Source: a virus (taxonomy: Duplodnaviria; Caudoviricetes). Taken from it: a stretch of 64,000 nt of DNA. Of the stretch, positions 40,710 to 51,225 are shown piece by piece. The first letter of the stretch is position 1; each line of letters opens with the position of its first letter. A program made the translations under genes and the position numbers. The notes under the pieces are model-generated. The model was not told the DNA's origin. It was given only the letters and a program-made list of their open reading frames with translations, and did no database searches. The stretch is from the IMG/VR virus record IMGVR_UViG_3300037067_015270, positions 1-64,000 of that record. One strand, 5' to 3'.

Positions 40710-43106
40710 ATGCTAATAGACAGACTTACAGGCGAATTAGCCAATCAATTTATAGATTGCAATTTACCTATATCAGAAAAGCATTTTGTTGAAGTATCAT
40801 GCTCTTGTGGCACTATAGTAAAGTTAAGCACAAGAGCTCTATCGCGAAAATGGGGAGCTAAAGGTTATTATTTGTGTAAAAGCTGTTCTGTTAAATCATA
40901 CATAGACAATCCAGAGCGTCTTGAAAAATGGCAGCAGTCGTTTACAAAGACCGCAGCGACATTAGAGCATAAGGCAAGATGTTCCAAAGCAGCAAAAAAA
41001 CTATGGAATACTCCTGAATTGCGGCAACGAGTAACAGAATCAGTTAGGCAAGATAATAAGACTAACCCCAAGAAAGCTACATCAAGAGCAATCGCACTAA
41101 AGGCACTAAAGGATAAGTCTTGGTTTAAAGATCACATGGCCAAGATAAGAATACTGGCACATAGAGCTATTAAGATAAGCCTAGATAATGATTCTGATAA
41201 ATGGCGAGATCTAGCTAAAAACTTTCACTTTGAACGACCAGAGGTAAAAGAAAAACACAAAGCATCAGCGAATAATGGAAATAAAAGACAACAAAGACAG
41301 CAAATTATATGTAGAAGTTATGAAGAGTTAGACGACGACATTAAGAATAGTAGCGACTACCAAAATAATATTATTACTATTCTTGACCACGAAAGACGTA
41401 AAGCAGAATTAGCATCTATACAAATTCCGCCAAAGCGTAAAAGAGCTAAACATAACAGTATAGAGCATAAGACGAAATTGTCAGAAGCATCGAAAATACG
41501 ATGGAAAAACGAGGAATATAGAGCCAAGATAAGAAATATTGTTAATAGTGAAAAGTATAAGACAAAGATGGCAGAATATCGCGATACCGAATATAGAGAA
41601 AGAATGAGATTTGTGGCTATAGCTCAATGGAGTGATCCTCTTTACTTAGAAAAAATGAGGAAATTATGGGAAGATCGAGAATATAAAGAAATGATGAGAA
41701 CTATATCAAAAGCGCAATGGGAGGATAAAGAATATAGAGAGAAAATGATATCTATTTTTAATAGTGAAGAATATAGAGAGAAAATTAAAATTGTTTGGAA
41801 TGACCCAACCTACAGAGAGAAAATAATAACTGCAATTAAATCGCAATGGAATAATCCAGAATATAGAAAGAAAATAAAAGCAATACAAAATGACCCAGCT
41901 TTCAAGAAAAAAGTAGCATCTGCAGCCAAAGTGCAATGGAAGAATCCAGAATATAGAAAGAAGATGCATCAGATATTTTCTTCTCCTGAAATCAGAGAGA
42001 AAATATCTGATGCATCTAAGATACGATGGGAAAAAAAAGAATTTAGAGAAAAAATAGAAGCAATAGTCAAATTACAATGGTCGAATAAAAAACGATTAGA
42101 AAAAGCATCCATAAACTCTAAGATACTATGGCAAAATGAAGAATATAAAGATAGACATAAGAAAGCTATGGCTTCTCCTGAGGTCAGAGAAAAACAGGCT
42201 ATAGCCAGGGCTGCACAATCAGGACAGATTTCATCCATACAAAAAACACTATATTCTTATTTGGATGGACTTAAAGTAGAATACTATAAAGAAAGCGAGC
42301 AAACGCGAGTCGGATTTTATGTTTTTGATTGTTTGGTTGTCAATGGTGATAAAAAATTATTGATTGAATGCCAAGGAGACTATTGGCATTCATTAGAAAA
42401 TGCAGAACGAAATGATCGGTCTAAATTTACTTATATTTCTAGATATTTCCCAGAATACGAAATAATGTATGTCTGGGAGCACGAATTTTATTGTAAAGAT
42501 AGAGTATTAGATCGGTTAAAATTGAAATTGGGAATTGATATAGATACTGTCGATTTTAATTTTTCCGATTTAACAATAAGAGAAATTAATAGCACAGAAA
42601 CCAAAACGTTCTTAGATCTTTATCATTATCTAGGTAAAGATCGCGGCGGTAAAACAATAGGTGTCTTCAATGGTGACTTGTTAATCGCTGCTATTGTTTT
42701 TAGTCCTCCACTACGGCAAAATACAGCTGGTCAATTCGATTTGGCTGATGATGAAGTCAGAGAATTATCTAGATTATGTATACATCCTTCCTATCACAAG
42801 AAGAACTTCGCTAGTTGGTTTATCAAACGAGCACTTAAACTGACAGATTGTAAGCTTGTTGTAGCTTATGCCGATACAACTGTTGGACATGATGGTGGAA
42901 TTTACAAAGCAAGCAATTTTAAGTTACATCACACTGTACCAGCAGACTACTGGTATGTAGACAATTCTGGCTATGTGATGCACAAAAGAACACTCTACGG
43001 GCGTGCAGTAAAACAGAAAATGACAGAATCAGAGTTTGCAGAAGCAAAAGGTTATATCCGTAAATATGGTGGTGAAAAATTATGTTTTGTATATAATCAA
43101 AAATAA
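40710..43106 (+). CDS. 798-aa fusion: Zn ribbon, W..xEYR.K helical repeats (NUMOD3-like), Vsr/DUF559 endonuclease, Mom-like GNAT
   Basis: FYVFDC...LIECQGDYWH...NDRSK...VWE; FLDLYHYLG...ELSRLC...SWFI...VVAYADTTVGHDGGIYKASNF. Confidence 0.75.
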   Translation: MLIDRLTGELANQFIDCNLPISEKHFVEVSCSCGTIVKLSTRALSRKWGAKGYYLCKSCSVKSYIDNPERLEKWQQSFTKTAATLEHKARCSKAAKKLWNTPELRQRVTESVRQDNKTNPKKATSRAIALKALKDKSWFKDHMAKIRILAHRAIKISLDNDSDKWRDLAKNFHFERPEVKEKHKASANNGNKRQQRQQIICRSYEELDDDIKNSSDYQNNIITILDHERRKAELASIQIPPKRKRAKHNSIEHKTKLSEASKIRWKNEEYRAKIRNIVNSEKYKTKMAEYRDTEYRERMRFVAIAQWSDPLYLEKMRKLWEDREYKEMMRTISKAQWEDKEYREKMISIFNSEEYREKIKIVWNDPTYREKIITAIKSQWNNPEYRKKIKAIQNDPAFKKKVASAAKVQWKNPEYRKKMHQIFSSPEIREKISDASKIRWEKKEFREKIEAIVKLQWSNKKRLEKASINSKILWQNEEYKDRHKKAMASPEVREKQAIARAAQSGQISSIQKTLYSYLDGLKVEYYKESEQTRVGFYVFDCLVVNGDKKLLIECQGDYWHSLENAERNDRSKFTYISRYFPEYEIMYVWEHEFYCKDRVLDRLKLKLGIDIDTVDFNFSDLTIREINSTETKTFLDLYHYLGKDRGGKTIGVFNGDLLIAAIVFSPPLRQNTAGQFDLADDEVRELSRLCIHPSYHKKNFASWFIKRALKLTDCKLVVAYADTTVGHDGGIYKASNFKLHHTVPADYWYVDNSGYVMHKRTLYGRAVKQKMTESEFAEAKGYIRKYGGEKLCFVYNQK

Positions 43107-43129
43107 GGTATTCAAATTGGAGAGAATGC

Positions 43130-44860
43130 ATGCCCACTATTAATCCGAGTCTGGTGCCAACAGTCGCACCAGGCAATCTATTCCAGGAACTTACTACTGA
43201 TTCGACGCTCAATGTACGCTGGATTACGCCAACGGACCCTGTGTACTACGAAGCAATGAATCGGCCATTGGCCGATATTGTTCTCCGACAATTAATATTA
43301 GCCAAGACGCTCGATATGCTTAGCGTCAGTATTGGTCATGAGGCTATTTTCCCATTTCTCATACAAGCAAAAGTTATCAACTCGACAACATATGCCCAAC
43401 TTCCGAACGGATGGATTTGGGATTTACATATGTCTACCCCCTCCAAGTGGCAAGACTTCAGGTTGGCAAAAATTAAACGCCTGGATGGCACAAATTCTGG
43501 TACAACTGGCGTTTATACTGGTACACTACGACTCATATTCACAGCAACTCAGATAAGCTCAACAATTGAAACAGCGTTATTTGTAGCAGACTATACTATT
43601 GATAGTACATTAACATATCAACGAGCTAGGCTTGTAGTTTGCACATCGGCAGAAGAAGCTGTTAGTATCGATACTGGTGAGGCCGAAACCGTAAAAGGTT
43701 TTATTACTTTTCGAACACTACCGCAAGATGACGCAACAGTGCAAGCGTTTTATGATTTGGTTGCACCAACCGTGGGTTTAGTAACTGTATACCAAATTGC
43801 TAATACTGGTGCGGCACCTACCGAAATTGATAGTTACTCTGATGCAGTAGTCAATCATGGCACCGGAATGTTAGTAGATAGCTGTAATAATGCAATTCCC
43901 AGCCTTGAAAGCGATGCATCATCGTGGTTGAACGCTTTCAATTATCCTTTCGACGCCGATGCTTCTAGAGCGTCTACTGGAACATTCTCCGTTACCATTC
44001 CTTCGAGCATATTTCGTGAATTCAATATTGTGGCACCAGCTGGCGATGAACCTACCGGAGATACGAGCGGCACATATTTTCCAGTATGGATTAGCAGAAT
44101 CCAGCCGATTGGCACATCAAATAATCAACTTCGTTTCTACTTCGCAACACATAATGTCACCAGACTGAGTCCTTCACCAGATCCAGTCGAATTTGCTAGA
44201 TTAGATCTATTGCGAACAATGGTTACTGGTGATATTATCGCAATAGAACCAATCAGTGATTTATTATTGCATACAGGCACCGATGACGAATTATACTACC
44301 AGGACTTTGGAAGGGGGCATGTAGTATTAAGCAGCGAATGGGGTGCAACATCTACAACGATAGACGATTTCTTTGATGCATTCGCATCGTTGTTATCAAC
44401 ACAATACGCTAGCTTCCTACAAACCGCCACAAGAATAAGCTCTTTTGGTGTTAGTCGTGTACCTAAATTTACTCCTACGGATGGCCAGTGTAGAGCGATG
44501 GCAGGGACGACATCAAGCTTAACTGTGCCAATACCTCCATCAGAGGATAATAGGTTTGTTACCGAGCTAGACCAAGGGCTCGGAAATACGATTGACCTTA
44601 ATGCACAGACTGGAATAGTAGCGGTAGATGGAATCAGCAGATATGGCAATACTGGTGGCCTAGTAAGAAGGACTGTTCAACTTTGTATTGATTATACAAA
44701 GTTACCAGATGATACAGATACGACGGCTAATGCTTTTTACGAAGAATATGTCTTGCCGCGACTAATCATATTACTCGGCAGAAGCCCTCTCTGGGGAGAT
44801 GAATGGTATAACGGAACAACATTCCTCCGATACAACGGGGACACTTGGCAAAGCATATAA
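43130..44860 (+). CDS. putative virion structural protein
   Basis: 576-aa Thr/Ser-rich ORF; DPVYYEAMNRPL motif; CAAAAATA upstream. Confidence 0.65.
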   Translation: MPTINPSLVPTVAPGNLFQELTTDSTLNVRWITPTDPVYYEAMNRPLADIVLRQLILAKTLDMLSVSIGHEAIFPFLIQAKVINSTTYAQLPNGWIWDLHMSTPSKWQDFRLAKIKRLDGTNSGTTGVYTGTLRLIFTATQISSTIETALFVADYTIDSTLTYQRARLVVCTSAEEAVSIDTGEAETVKGFITFRTLPQDDATVQAFYDLVAPTVGLVTVYQIANTGAAPTEIDSYSDAVVNHGTGMLVDSCNNAIPSLESDASSWLNAFNYPFDADASRASTGTFSVTIPSSIFREFNIVAPAGDEPTGDTSGTYFPVWISRIQPIGTSNNQLRFYFATHNVTRLSPSPDPVEFARLDLLRTMVTGDIIAIEPISDLLLHTGTDDELYYQDFGRGHVVLSSEWGATSTTIDDFFDAFASLLSTQYASFLQTATRISSFGVSRVPKFTPTDGQCRAMAGTTSSLTVPIPPSEDNRFVTELDQGLGNTIDLNAQTGIVAVDGISRYGNTGGLVRRTVQLCIDYTKLPDDTDTTANAFYEEYVLPRLIILLGRSPLWGDEWYNGTTFLRYNGDTWQSI

Positions 44861-44936
44861 TCTGATTCAACGCATAATCGATTATCTATTGTTGTGACAC
44901 TTCAACAAATATTAAGTAGAAGTGTGAGGTGTCACA

Positions 44937-45173
44937 ATGATACCAGTAGATATCTTACAAAATCATTTAATATTAATCTCCCATCATATAGAAGATGGCT
45001 TAGAGGCGTTAGAAAACGGTGATGATTCAATCATCGAAGCAAGCCTCACAGATATAAATGAGATAGTCGACGAGTTGAAGGATTATTTGCCAAAAGAACT
45101 AGCAACAGAAGTGGAAGCAAAAGAGATGGGAATGAGTTCGAGAGTGGAAGAAATCGCTAAGGACGTTTGGTGA
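44937..45173 (+). CDS. small acidic protein
   Basis: 78-aa ORF; GAGG RBS lies inside a hairpin. Confidence 0.6.
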   Translation: MIPVDILQNHLILISHHIEDGLEALENGDDSIIEASLTDINEIVDELKDYLPKELATEVEAKEMGMSSRVEEIAKDVW

Positions 45174-45281
45174 TGTATTTCACTTAGTAGATAAATTTAT
45201 CGTTGCGGATACGATGCTGCTTGTAGTGGCAAAATCCGAGTAGAGAGTAGTAGTAGAGTAGTAGAGAGAAGGAGGTGTCTT

Positions 45282-46160
45282 ATGACACTCAATAGCAAGC
45301 TCGCCGGTGCACGTGCCATTCTTGAGGCACATAACAATTCTTCAAGCACCAAATCCGTGGACGTCGAGGCGTTCTTCACCAATCTAGCCAATATGGGCGG
45401 GTCGTCAGAGGATACTCTGTCTGCTGCTAGTTGGGAGGACCTCGAAGAATGTGGTGCCCCGCGAATCTTGGCTCGCCGTATCGCCACGCTTTTCCGTGGA
45501 GAGCAGCCACAAACGCAAAGCGTCCAGAAGGTCATTTTGGAAGACAATGACCCCGACAAACTGGCGAAGGCAATGACGCCAGCCCAACTGCTCGATGCTT
45601 ATGATCCGAAGCAGTTGAAAACACCGGTCGCCGAGCGTCTAAAGTTCCATTCAGAAGGTAAAAAGTTCATCGTTTTCAATGATGACGGTACCATTGATAA
45701 GGAAGTCTCTCTTAAACTTTTGAACGAACTTGACGACCATGGTGAAATGTTGACGTACGTCGAAGACAACGACAACATAAGAACTGTCTATGCTGTTGGA
45801 GAACGCCCAGATCAAGTAGCAAGCGAGCACCCACTCTTCCCAGGTATCGCATTACGAAATGGTATTTCTTCTATTGGATGTGACTGGAACCAGATAAGTT
45901 GGAAAATCAAGAAAACCTTATACCTTGCCGTCACCCAAACAGGCGAAATCGATATGGGCAAGATTCATGAACTAGAAGTTTATAATCTTGCGACCGCTGG
46001 CATGATAGACCGACGTTGTATCGAGGCAGCCAAGCTATATAAAGAGCGTGAAGCACTCGAAAATCTTCCTAGCTTACGCGTGAAGCTTGGATCAGTAAAA
46101 ACCGGGAAGGAACAGAAAGGCAACAATCCTTTCAATCTCGGCAAGAATCGTAGCATCTAA
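45282..46160 (+). CDS. hypothetical protein
   Basis: 292-aa ORF with AAGGAGGT RBS. Confidence 0.75.
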   Translation: MTLNSKLAGARAILEAHNNSSSTKSVDVEAFFTNLANMGGSSEDTLSAASWEDLEECGAPRILARRIATLFRGEQPQTQSVQKVILEDNDPDKLAKAMTPAQLLDAYDPKQLKTPVAERLKFHSEGKKFIVFNDDGTIDKEVSLKLLNELDDHGEMLTYVEDNDNIRTVYAVGERPDQVASEHPLFPGIALRNGISSIGCDWNQISWKIKKTLYLAVTQTGEIDMGKIHELEVYNLATAGMIDRRCIEAAKLYKEREALENLPSLRVKLGSVKTGKEQKGNNPFNLGKNRSI

Positions 46161-46168
46161 CCACAACC

Positions 46169-46200
46169 GTACGAGAAGCCTCGAAAGTGGCTTCTCGTAC
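46169..46200 (+). terminator. 12-bp hairpin between co-oriented genes
   Basis: GTACGAGAAGCC / GGCTTCTCGTAC. Confidence 0.55.
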
Positions 46201-46218
46201 CTTCTATCGGAGGTCATT

Positions 46219-47367
46219 ATGAGTACGAGAATGGAAATTAACGGTCTGTACGCAGAGATCAATATGCCACCAGCGTTATCTGGCGACGGGCTGAACGCCT
46301 TACCGCCGCATTGCAAGGTTCAAGCCTTCCCAGTAGATGAGTTTCCGGCCTGCCCGAACAATTGGATGCATGGGTCTGGTAAAGCAAGCTCATATTTCGT
46401 CATGGCTACCGTCGATCGTGGTATGTGGTTCGATTTCACCATGAACTCTGGCCATAGATATGATTTAGCAATCGTGGTGAGTGTTCAAGGTATCAATCCC
46501 GTCACCGGCAAGAAAGTGACACAACTCAATCTTGAACAATATCGAGAAAAATGCCCGGTGCATAACGTCGCTTTCCAGCAAGATCGTTTCTGCCCTGAAT
46601 GCAACTACAATTGGCCAACACAGAATTATATCTCCACAACGACTGGTCAGATGTTGTGGATCGATGGCTTCCGCAATGAAAAGGGAGAAGTCAGACAGTA
46701 TATTATCACCGAGGACAACACACGTGGTGTTGCTGCACAGGTGATTGGCGATGACCGCGTGTGGGCTATCGGATTTGCTTTCTATTTGAGCAAGGAACCA
46801 CGCAAGCTAGGACCTTATTTGGGCCTGCCGAGCTTGGGTGCGAAGTCGTTAACGATGTCTGACGAATATTCCAAATCGATCTCATCAGGATCACTTCCGG
46901 AATATGATGCCAACATGACTGATGTCGATTATTTTATGCCAATACATCCAGACGTCAACGGACCATCTGGACCATCGGGGTCAGCTGGAACATATGGTCC
47001 TTGTGGCGACGGCGGCAGCAAGTTCAACATGGCAAGCACGCAACACGTCAACTGTTCTTGCTCGAAGGGTGCCATGCATCGTAGTCTCAAAACTGGCGGT
47101 GGCATCATTCGTGCTCAATCGATGATGGCACCACGAGCCATCACAGCACCAATGACACAGCAGAAAATGCTCGAAATTGGTGCAGGTGCTAGAATCGACC
47201 AGGAGATCGGGGTTGACCCGAATCCGATTGATTACTGGCAAGCGGAGCCAATTGGTCTGATCTATTGCAACTACGTTGATGGTACAATGTTCAGACAGAT
47301 ATTAAAGGCCGGGCAACGCCAAGTGAAGAAGGAGGGACCACTTGCCGGGCTGAAAATCGGGAACTGA
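46219..47367 (+). CDS. hypothetical protein with Zn-ribbon insert
   Basis: 382-aa ORF with GGAGG RBS; CPVH...FCPEC; WIDGF.....VRQY. Confidence 0.75.
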   Translation: MSTRMEINGLYAEINMPPALSGDGLNALPPHCKVQAFPVDEFPACPNNWMHGSGKASSYFVMATVDRGMWFDFTMNSGHRYDLAIVVSVQGINPVTGKKVTQLNLEQYREKCPVHNVAFQQDRFCPECNYNWPTQNYISTTTGQMLWIDGFRNEKGEVRQYIITEDNTRGVAAQVIGDDRVWAIGFAFYLSKEPRKLGPYLGLPSLGAKSLTMSDEYSKSISSGSLPEYDANMTDVDYFMPIHPDVNGPSGPSGSAGTYGPCGDGGSKFNMASTQHVNCSCSKGAMHRSLKTGGGIIRAQSMMAPRAITAPMTQQKMLEIGAGARIDQEIGVDPNPIDYWQAEPIGLIYCNYVDGTMFRQILKAGQRQVKKEGPLAGLKIGN

Positions 47368-47368
47368 T

Positions 47369-49756
47369 TTAACCGTAGATCATTTTTGTAGCACCGGGCA
47401 CTGCGTCCTCTACCACCATTTGGCATAGTAATTGGTGAAATTCAGCGACCATTTTGTATTCTACTGAATCGACTCCAAAGCTTTCGCCCATTACTTCTTT
47501 GATGCGCTTAGCCACAGCAGTGAATTTGGCGTTAGCTCTATTCTTTTGATGTGAGATATTGGCACTGGAAGTAGACGGAACATGTCTTCCATCTTCATCT
47601 ACAGTATCGAAGACATCCGTCCAGATGTGTATGTCGCTAGGTTGTGACCCAGTAACAGCTGGATACCCTGCTTCTGCCCATCTGGACAATTCACCACGTT
47701 CATCTATCTCTGGATCTTCTGGTGTTCCTCGTTCAGGATAATTATCGATACCATACAATCTAAGCAACAGTCTATACTGTTGTATAGACATTACGTCTTC
47801 TGGCGACCTGATTTTCTTGTTCTGTTTTGCGATTTGTCGTAAATCTGCAATTTCTTGCTGGGCACCAGAAAAACCGGAACCAATCCTTATCGCTCCCAAT
47901 ATTTGGTCGAGTAATTGCGTTAGCTCTGACTCCCACTCACCAAGACTTGAGTCAATATCCCTAGAAATAGCAATCAAGTCTCGTTTGGCCTTTGTCGTAT
48001 CGACATCTTCTGATTCCGCTTCCATATATTCATTGAGAGCGTTATTAATTGCGGCCAAAATTGCAGCCGCTTCAATGGAATTCTTCTTTTGCTCTGATGA
48101 ACTATCTTGATATGGTGAAACTCTCGTCAAGGCTTTTTGCATTATTTCCTGATTGGCGGCGCTGCGTAGATAATCACCTTTACGACCTGGATGAGCGAAA
48201 TTCATACGCTCCGTTTCCTTACCGGTGTCGCTACGGGTAGTTAAACCGGTCGCTGTGATACTCCTAGCGTTTACCTCTTCTCTTATTCTTAAAGCTGCTT
48301 GTTCTTCGTCGCTCATTTTAATGAATTCTTCTAATTTAGATATATCTCTTGATTGTAAGGCCGCATCCAGCATCCGTTTTATCGCCGCTAATCCGATAAA
48401 TCCTTTCGAACCCGGTAGATCTTCCTGCTTTTGCTCGTATGGTGAAACATACCCACGCTTCTTATCTTCGTCTTTCTCTTCTGCTTCTTTTACTGCTTTC
48501 TTCTTCGCCCAACTCTTCGATGTTGTCTTCCGGAATTTAGTTACTAAATCTTTTGATGCTTCAAGTAGCTTTTCTACCTCTACCGCTTCGCCCTTCTTCA
48601 ATTTATTAATAGTGTCCTGGGCCAGATCACGCTGCCATTTGAGTAGTTTAGCGGCCTTATTAAAGGCTATTAAAGTACCCTGCTCTCTGGATTTTTTACC
48701 CACAGCCCCTTGGGTGGTTATGCCTGGAGTGGAAAATGTTTCCTCGTCTTCGGCGATTTCATCGAATTTTTTGTCAGCTATATCTATTGCACGCCGTACA
48801 GCGCTTTCATCCTCTGACGTTATAGCACGATGAAGCTCGTCTTGTATCTCATATAATTTAGAAGCTACATTACCATATTCACTCTTAGGTCCAGGTTCTG
48901 TAGTTTTCTTGCCGTCGCATCGTGGGCATACCATTTTTACATTTTTATCTCTCGGGTTTACGACTTCGCCAGTGCCCTTACATCTGGGGCAAATAGCAAT
49001 CTTTTCGAATTCCCTATCAATGGCTTCAATATCTCCCTCCAAAGGCAAGCCATTCATAACGTGATTAAGTGCAGTTTTAATCAATGGGGTTAATGTTCTC
49101 TTAAAACCCCTAGCTTTACGATATTCATTACCATATCCAGCTGGAACACCGGCTTTCATGGCTTGCTGTATTGCTGAACCGACGAAATTGGTAAATCTTA
49201 CACCATCTCGAACTTCGTCATTCGGTAATTCGAGCAAAACAGCAGAAGCACCTCGCATCACAGCGTCTTCAATATCAGTCTCATCATACTTGCCATGCGT
49301 GGCTCTAGCGGCTCTTTCGATTACGCCTTTTTTAGCAACCGCATATAAAGTTCCTCTAGCTTCTTCATCATCACTGCTGTACATCATAGTCATTAGTACT
49401 TCACCACGAGCCCATGGGCGAACTCCGCCATATTTCACACTAAACGGGTTCGGTTCTAAAGATATATGCTCTCCTTCTTTTGGCGAAGTAATTCCTGTCC
49501 TACCAGTATCCTTGGGTCCATATGGTCGTGTAGAACCCACTCTGAACAACATCGGTGGTCTATAATCTTTACCAGCAGCATAATCATCCCATCCAACACA
49601 TGGGCCTTTACAATTCTTCAATGCACGCATTTTTGCAATCTGATCATCCATATCCACTATCATTGCTGGGCCGACCTTATCTGGAAGCTCGGCCTCAGCC
49701 TCAACAAGTATTTTTGGATTATTTAAGGCAAAATCTATTCTTCCTAGAATATTCAT
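47369..49756 (-). CDS. 795-aa sigma70-like protein with DnaJ-type Zn finger and large insertions
   Basis: Region 2-like EDAVMRGASAVL...DGVRFTNFVGSAIQQAM; CPRCKGTG..CPRCDG; region 4-like MSIQQYRLLLRLYGI...SSANISHQKNRANAKF. Confidence 0.55.
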   Translation of the reverse strand: MNILGRIDFALNNPKILVEAEAELPDKVGPAMIVDMDDQIAKMRALKNCKGPCVGWDDYAAGKDYRPPMLFRVGSTRPYGPKDTGRTGITSPKEGEHISLEPNPFSVKYGGVRPWARGEVLMTMMYSSDDEEARGTLYAVAKKGVIERAARATHGKYDETDIEDAVMRGASAVLLELPNDEVRDGVRFTNFVGSAIQQAMKAGVPAGYGNEYRKARGFKRTLTPLIKTALNHVMNGLPLEGDIEAIDREFEKIAICPRCKGTGEVVNPRDKNVKMVCPRCDGKKTTEPGPKSEYGNVASKLYEIQDELHRAITSEDESAVRRAIDIADKKFDEIAEDEETFSTPGITTQGAVGKKSREQGTLIAFNKAAKLLKWQRDLAQDTINKLKKGEAVEVEKLLEASKDLVTKFRKTTSKSWAKKKAVKEAEEKDEDKKRGYVSPYEQKQEDLPGSKGFIGLAAIKRMLDAALQSRDISKLEEFIKMSDEEQAALRIREEVNARSITATGLTTRSDTGKETERMNFAHPGRKGDYLRSAANQEIMQKALTRVSPYQDSSSEQKKNSIEAAAILAAINNALNEYMEAESEDVDTTKAKRDLIAISRDIDSSLGEWESELTQLLDQILGAIRIGSGFSGAQQEIADLRQIAKQNKKIRSPEDVMSIQQYRLLLRLYGIDNYPERGTPEDPEIDERGELSRWAEAGYPAVTGSQPSDIHIWTDVFDTVDEDGRHVPSTSSANISHQKNRANAKFTAVAKRIKEVMGESFGVDSVEYKMVAEFHQLLCQMVVEDAVPGATKMIYG

Positions 49757-49871
49757 ATATCACTCCGAGCTGGCTGGCCAGTAATTTACCATGTTATTTT
49801 TGGATGGAACTGCTGACGGTATTTTATAATACTACTAAGATATTTTCAACTATCCCTCATAAATCCATATA

Positions 49872-50783
49872 ATGTACACAGAATCTCACAGACATTTAGC
49901 TGGTTCAATAAGTCCAGAAAGCATTTGGAATGTGATTAGATATTCATGCAATCTCAGTGCTGCAAAATCTCTTGATGATGTGCGGCGACAAGTGCGTCTA
50001 ATGCACGACAATTGCAACTTTGATTATTTCTGCACAAGATTCGATATTCTTAATAAAATAGAATGGCATAGTCAAGATGTATACTATGTAGCGAAACAAG
50101 TTTTCTCAGACATGAAAGATGAACATATCGAGCACGCTACACTCACAGTATCATTAAATAAATTCGTGAAATCTGATGACTTGGTTATTGCTGGCTATCG
50201 CGTGTTCGGAATATTAGATTTAGCATCTGAGTCTAATATGGATGTTAATTATTTATTGTCGGTGAGTTATGATTGGCCGCTTGAGTTACAATTACAAACT
50301 ATAGGGCTCATCAAGCCGTTGGAAAAATTCGTAGCTGGCATAGATTTTGTTGGTCGAGAATCTGCTGCGAATTGGGCTGCTTATGAAGAACCTCTGAAAC
50401 TATGGAAGCAAGAAGGAAAAACCATACGTGCACATGTCGGTGAAAGACCGGGGACGAGTGATAATATCGATTTGGCCATGAAATATATGGGTATTACTCG
50501 AATCGCTCACGGAATTTATGCAACAAAGGAACAACAAGAAGAAGCAATTCGACGTGGAATTGTGTTTGATATGTCAATACACAGCAATATTTATACGCAT
50601 GCAATCGAATTAACTAAACACCCAATAAAACAAATGCAAGAAGCGGGATGTAAGATTACTCTTGGCACCGATGATCCGGTACAATTCAACTGTACTCTGC
50701 GAGATGAATATATTGTAGCTGAGGCTCTTGGTGTCGATATTAAGGCTCTCCGCCAAATGTCTTTTGAACACAGGATAAAATAA
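49872..50783 (+). CDS. add: adenosine/AMP deaminase family protein
   Basis: HRHLAGS, GIDFVG.E, AHVGE, RIAHG, SN, HPI, GTDDP. Confidence 0.85.
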   Translation: MYTESHRHLAGSISPESIWNVIRYSCNLSAAKSLDDVRRQVRLMHDNCNFDYFCTRFDILNKIEWHSQDVYYVAKQVFSDMKDEHIEHATLTVSLNKFVKSDDLVIAGYRVFGILDLASESNMDVNYLLSVSYDWPLELQLQTIGLIKPLEKFVAGIDFVGRESAANWAAYEEPLKLWKQEGKTIRAHVGERPGTSDNIDLAMKYMGITRIAHGIYATKEQQEEAIRRGIVFDMSIHSNIYTHAIELTKHPIKQMQEAGCKITLGTDDPVQFNCTLRDEYIVAEALGVDIKALRQMSFEHRIK

Positions 50784-51005
50784 ATGAAGCTCAAAGACTT
50801 AATTGAACAATTACATCAATACAACCAAGAAGCCGAAGTATCAGTAATAGTCCATAATAAGCATGAAGATTTTTCGTTGGTGTTTGGTAATAGTGAAGGG
50901 GTCACAAAAGAAACGTGTGAAAATATCAACTTTTATGTTGATAGACTAAACGACGATGACGAAGAATACGGAGAAGGGGATTTTACGGACTTCGACCCAA
51001 TATGA
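50784..51005 (+). CDS. hypothetical phage protein
   Basis: MKLKDLIEQL...EV pattern. Confidence 0.65.
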   Translation: MKLKDLIEQLHQYNQEAEVSVIVHNKHEDFSLVFGNSEGVTKETCENINFYVDRLNDDDEEYGEGDFTDFDPI

Positions 51006-51214
51006 GTACTGACAAAGAAAAGTTCTGCGGCAAGTTTGAAATCCCTAAAGAGGCTTTCAGAACTGATATAATCTCATCGGAAGGTAGAAAGTTGAATGGT
51101 ATTTGGACCAGTTATATTGCGCCTTCATTATGGCATTGGAGCCTTCATATAGGTTATTTCAAAATCAAATTGTGGCACTATCTGCTTCCGCCGTGGTTTC
51201 CACCAAGAGATTAG
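51002..51214 (+). CDS. hypothetical protein
   Basis: 70-aa ORF with ATGA overlap. Confidence 0.5.
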   Translation: MSTDKEKFCGKFEIPKEAFRTDIISSEGRKLNGIWTSYIAPSLWHWSLHIGYFKIKLWHYLLPPWFPPRD

Positions 51215-51225
51215 AGAGGAATAGA

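Noticed and set aside
45237-45272. GAGTA/GTAGA purine-rich microrepeat upstream of 45282
   Set aside because: Short low-complexity leader with no further supporting structure
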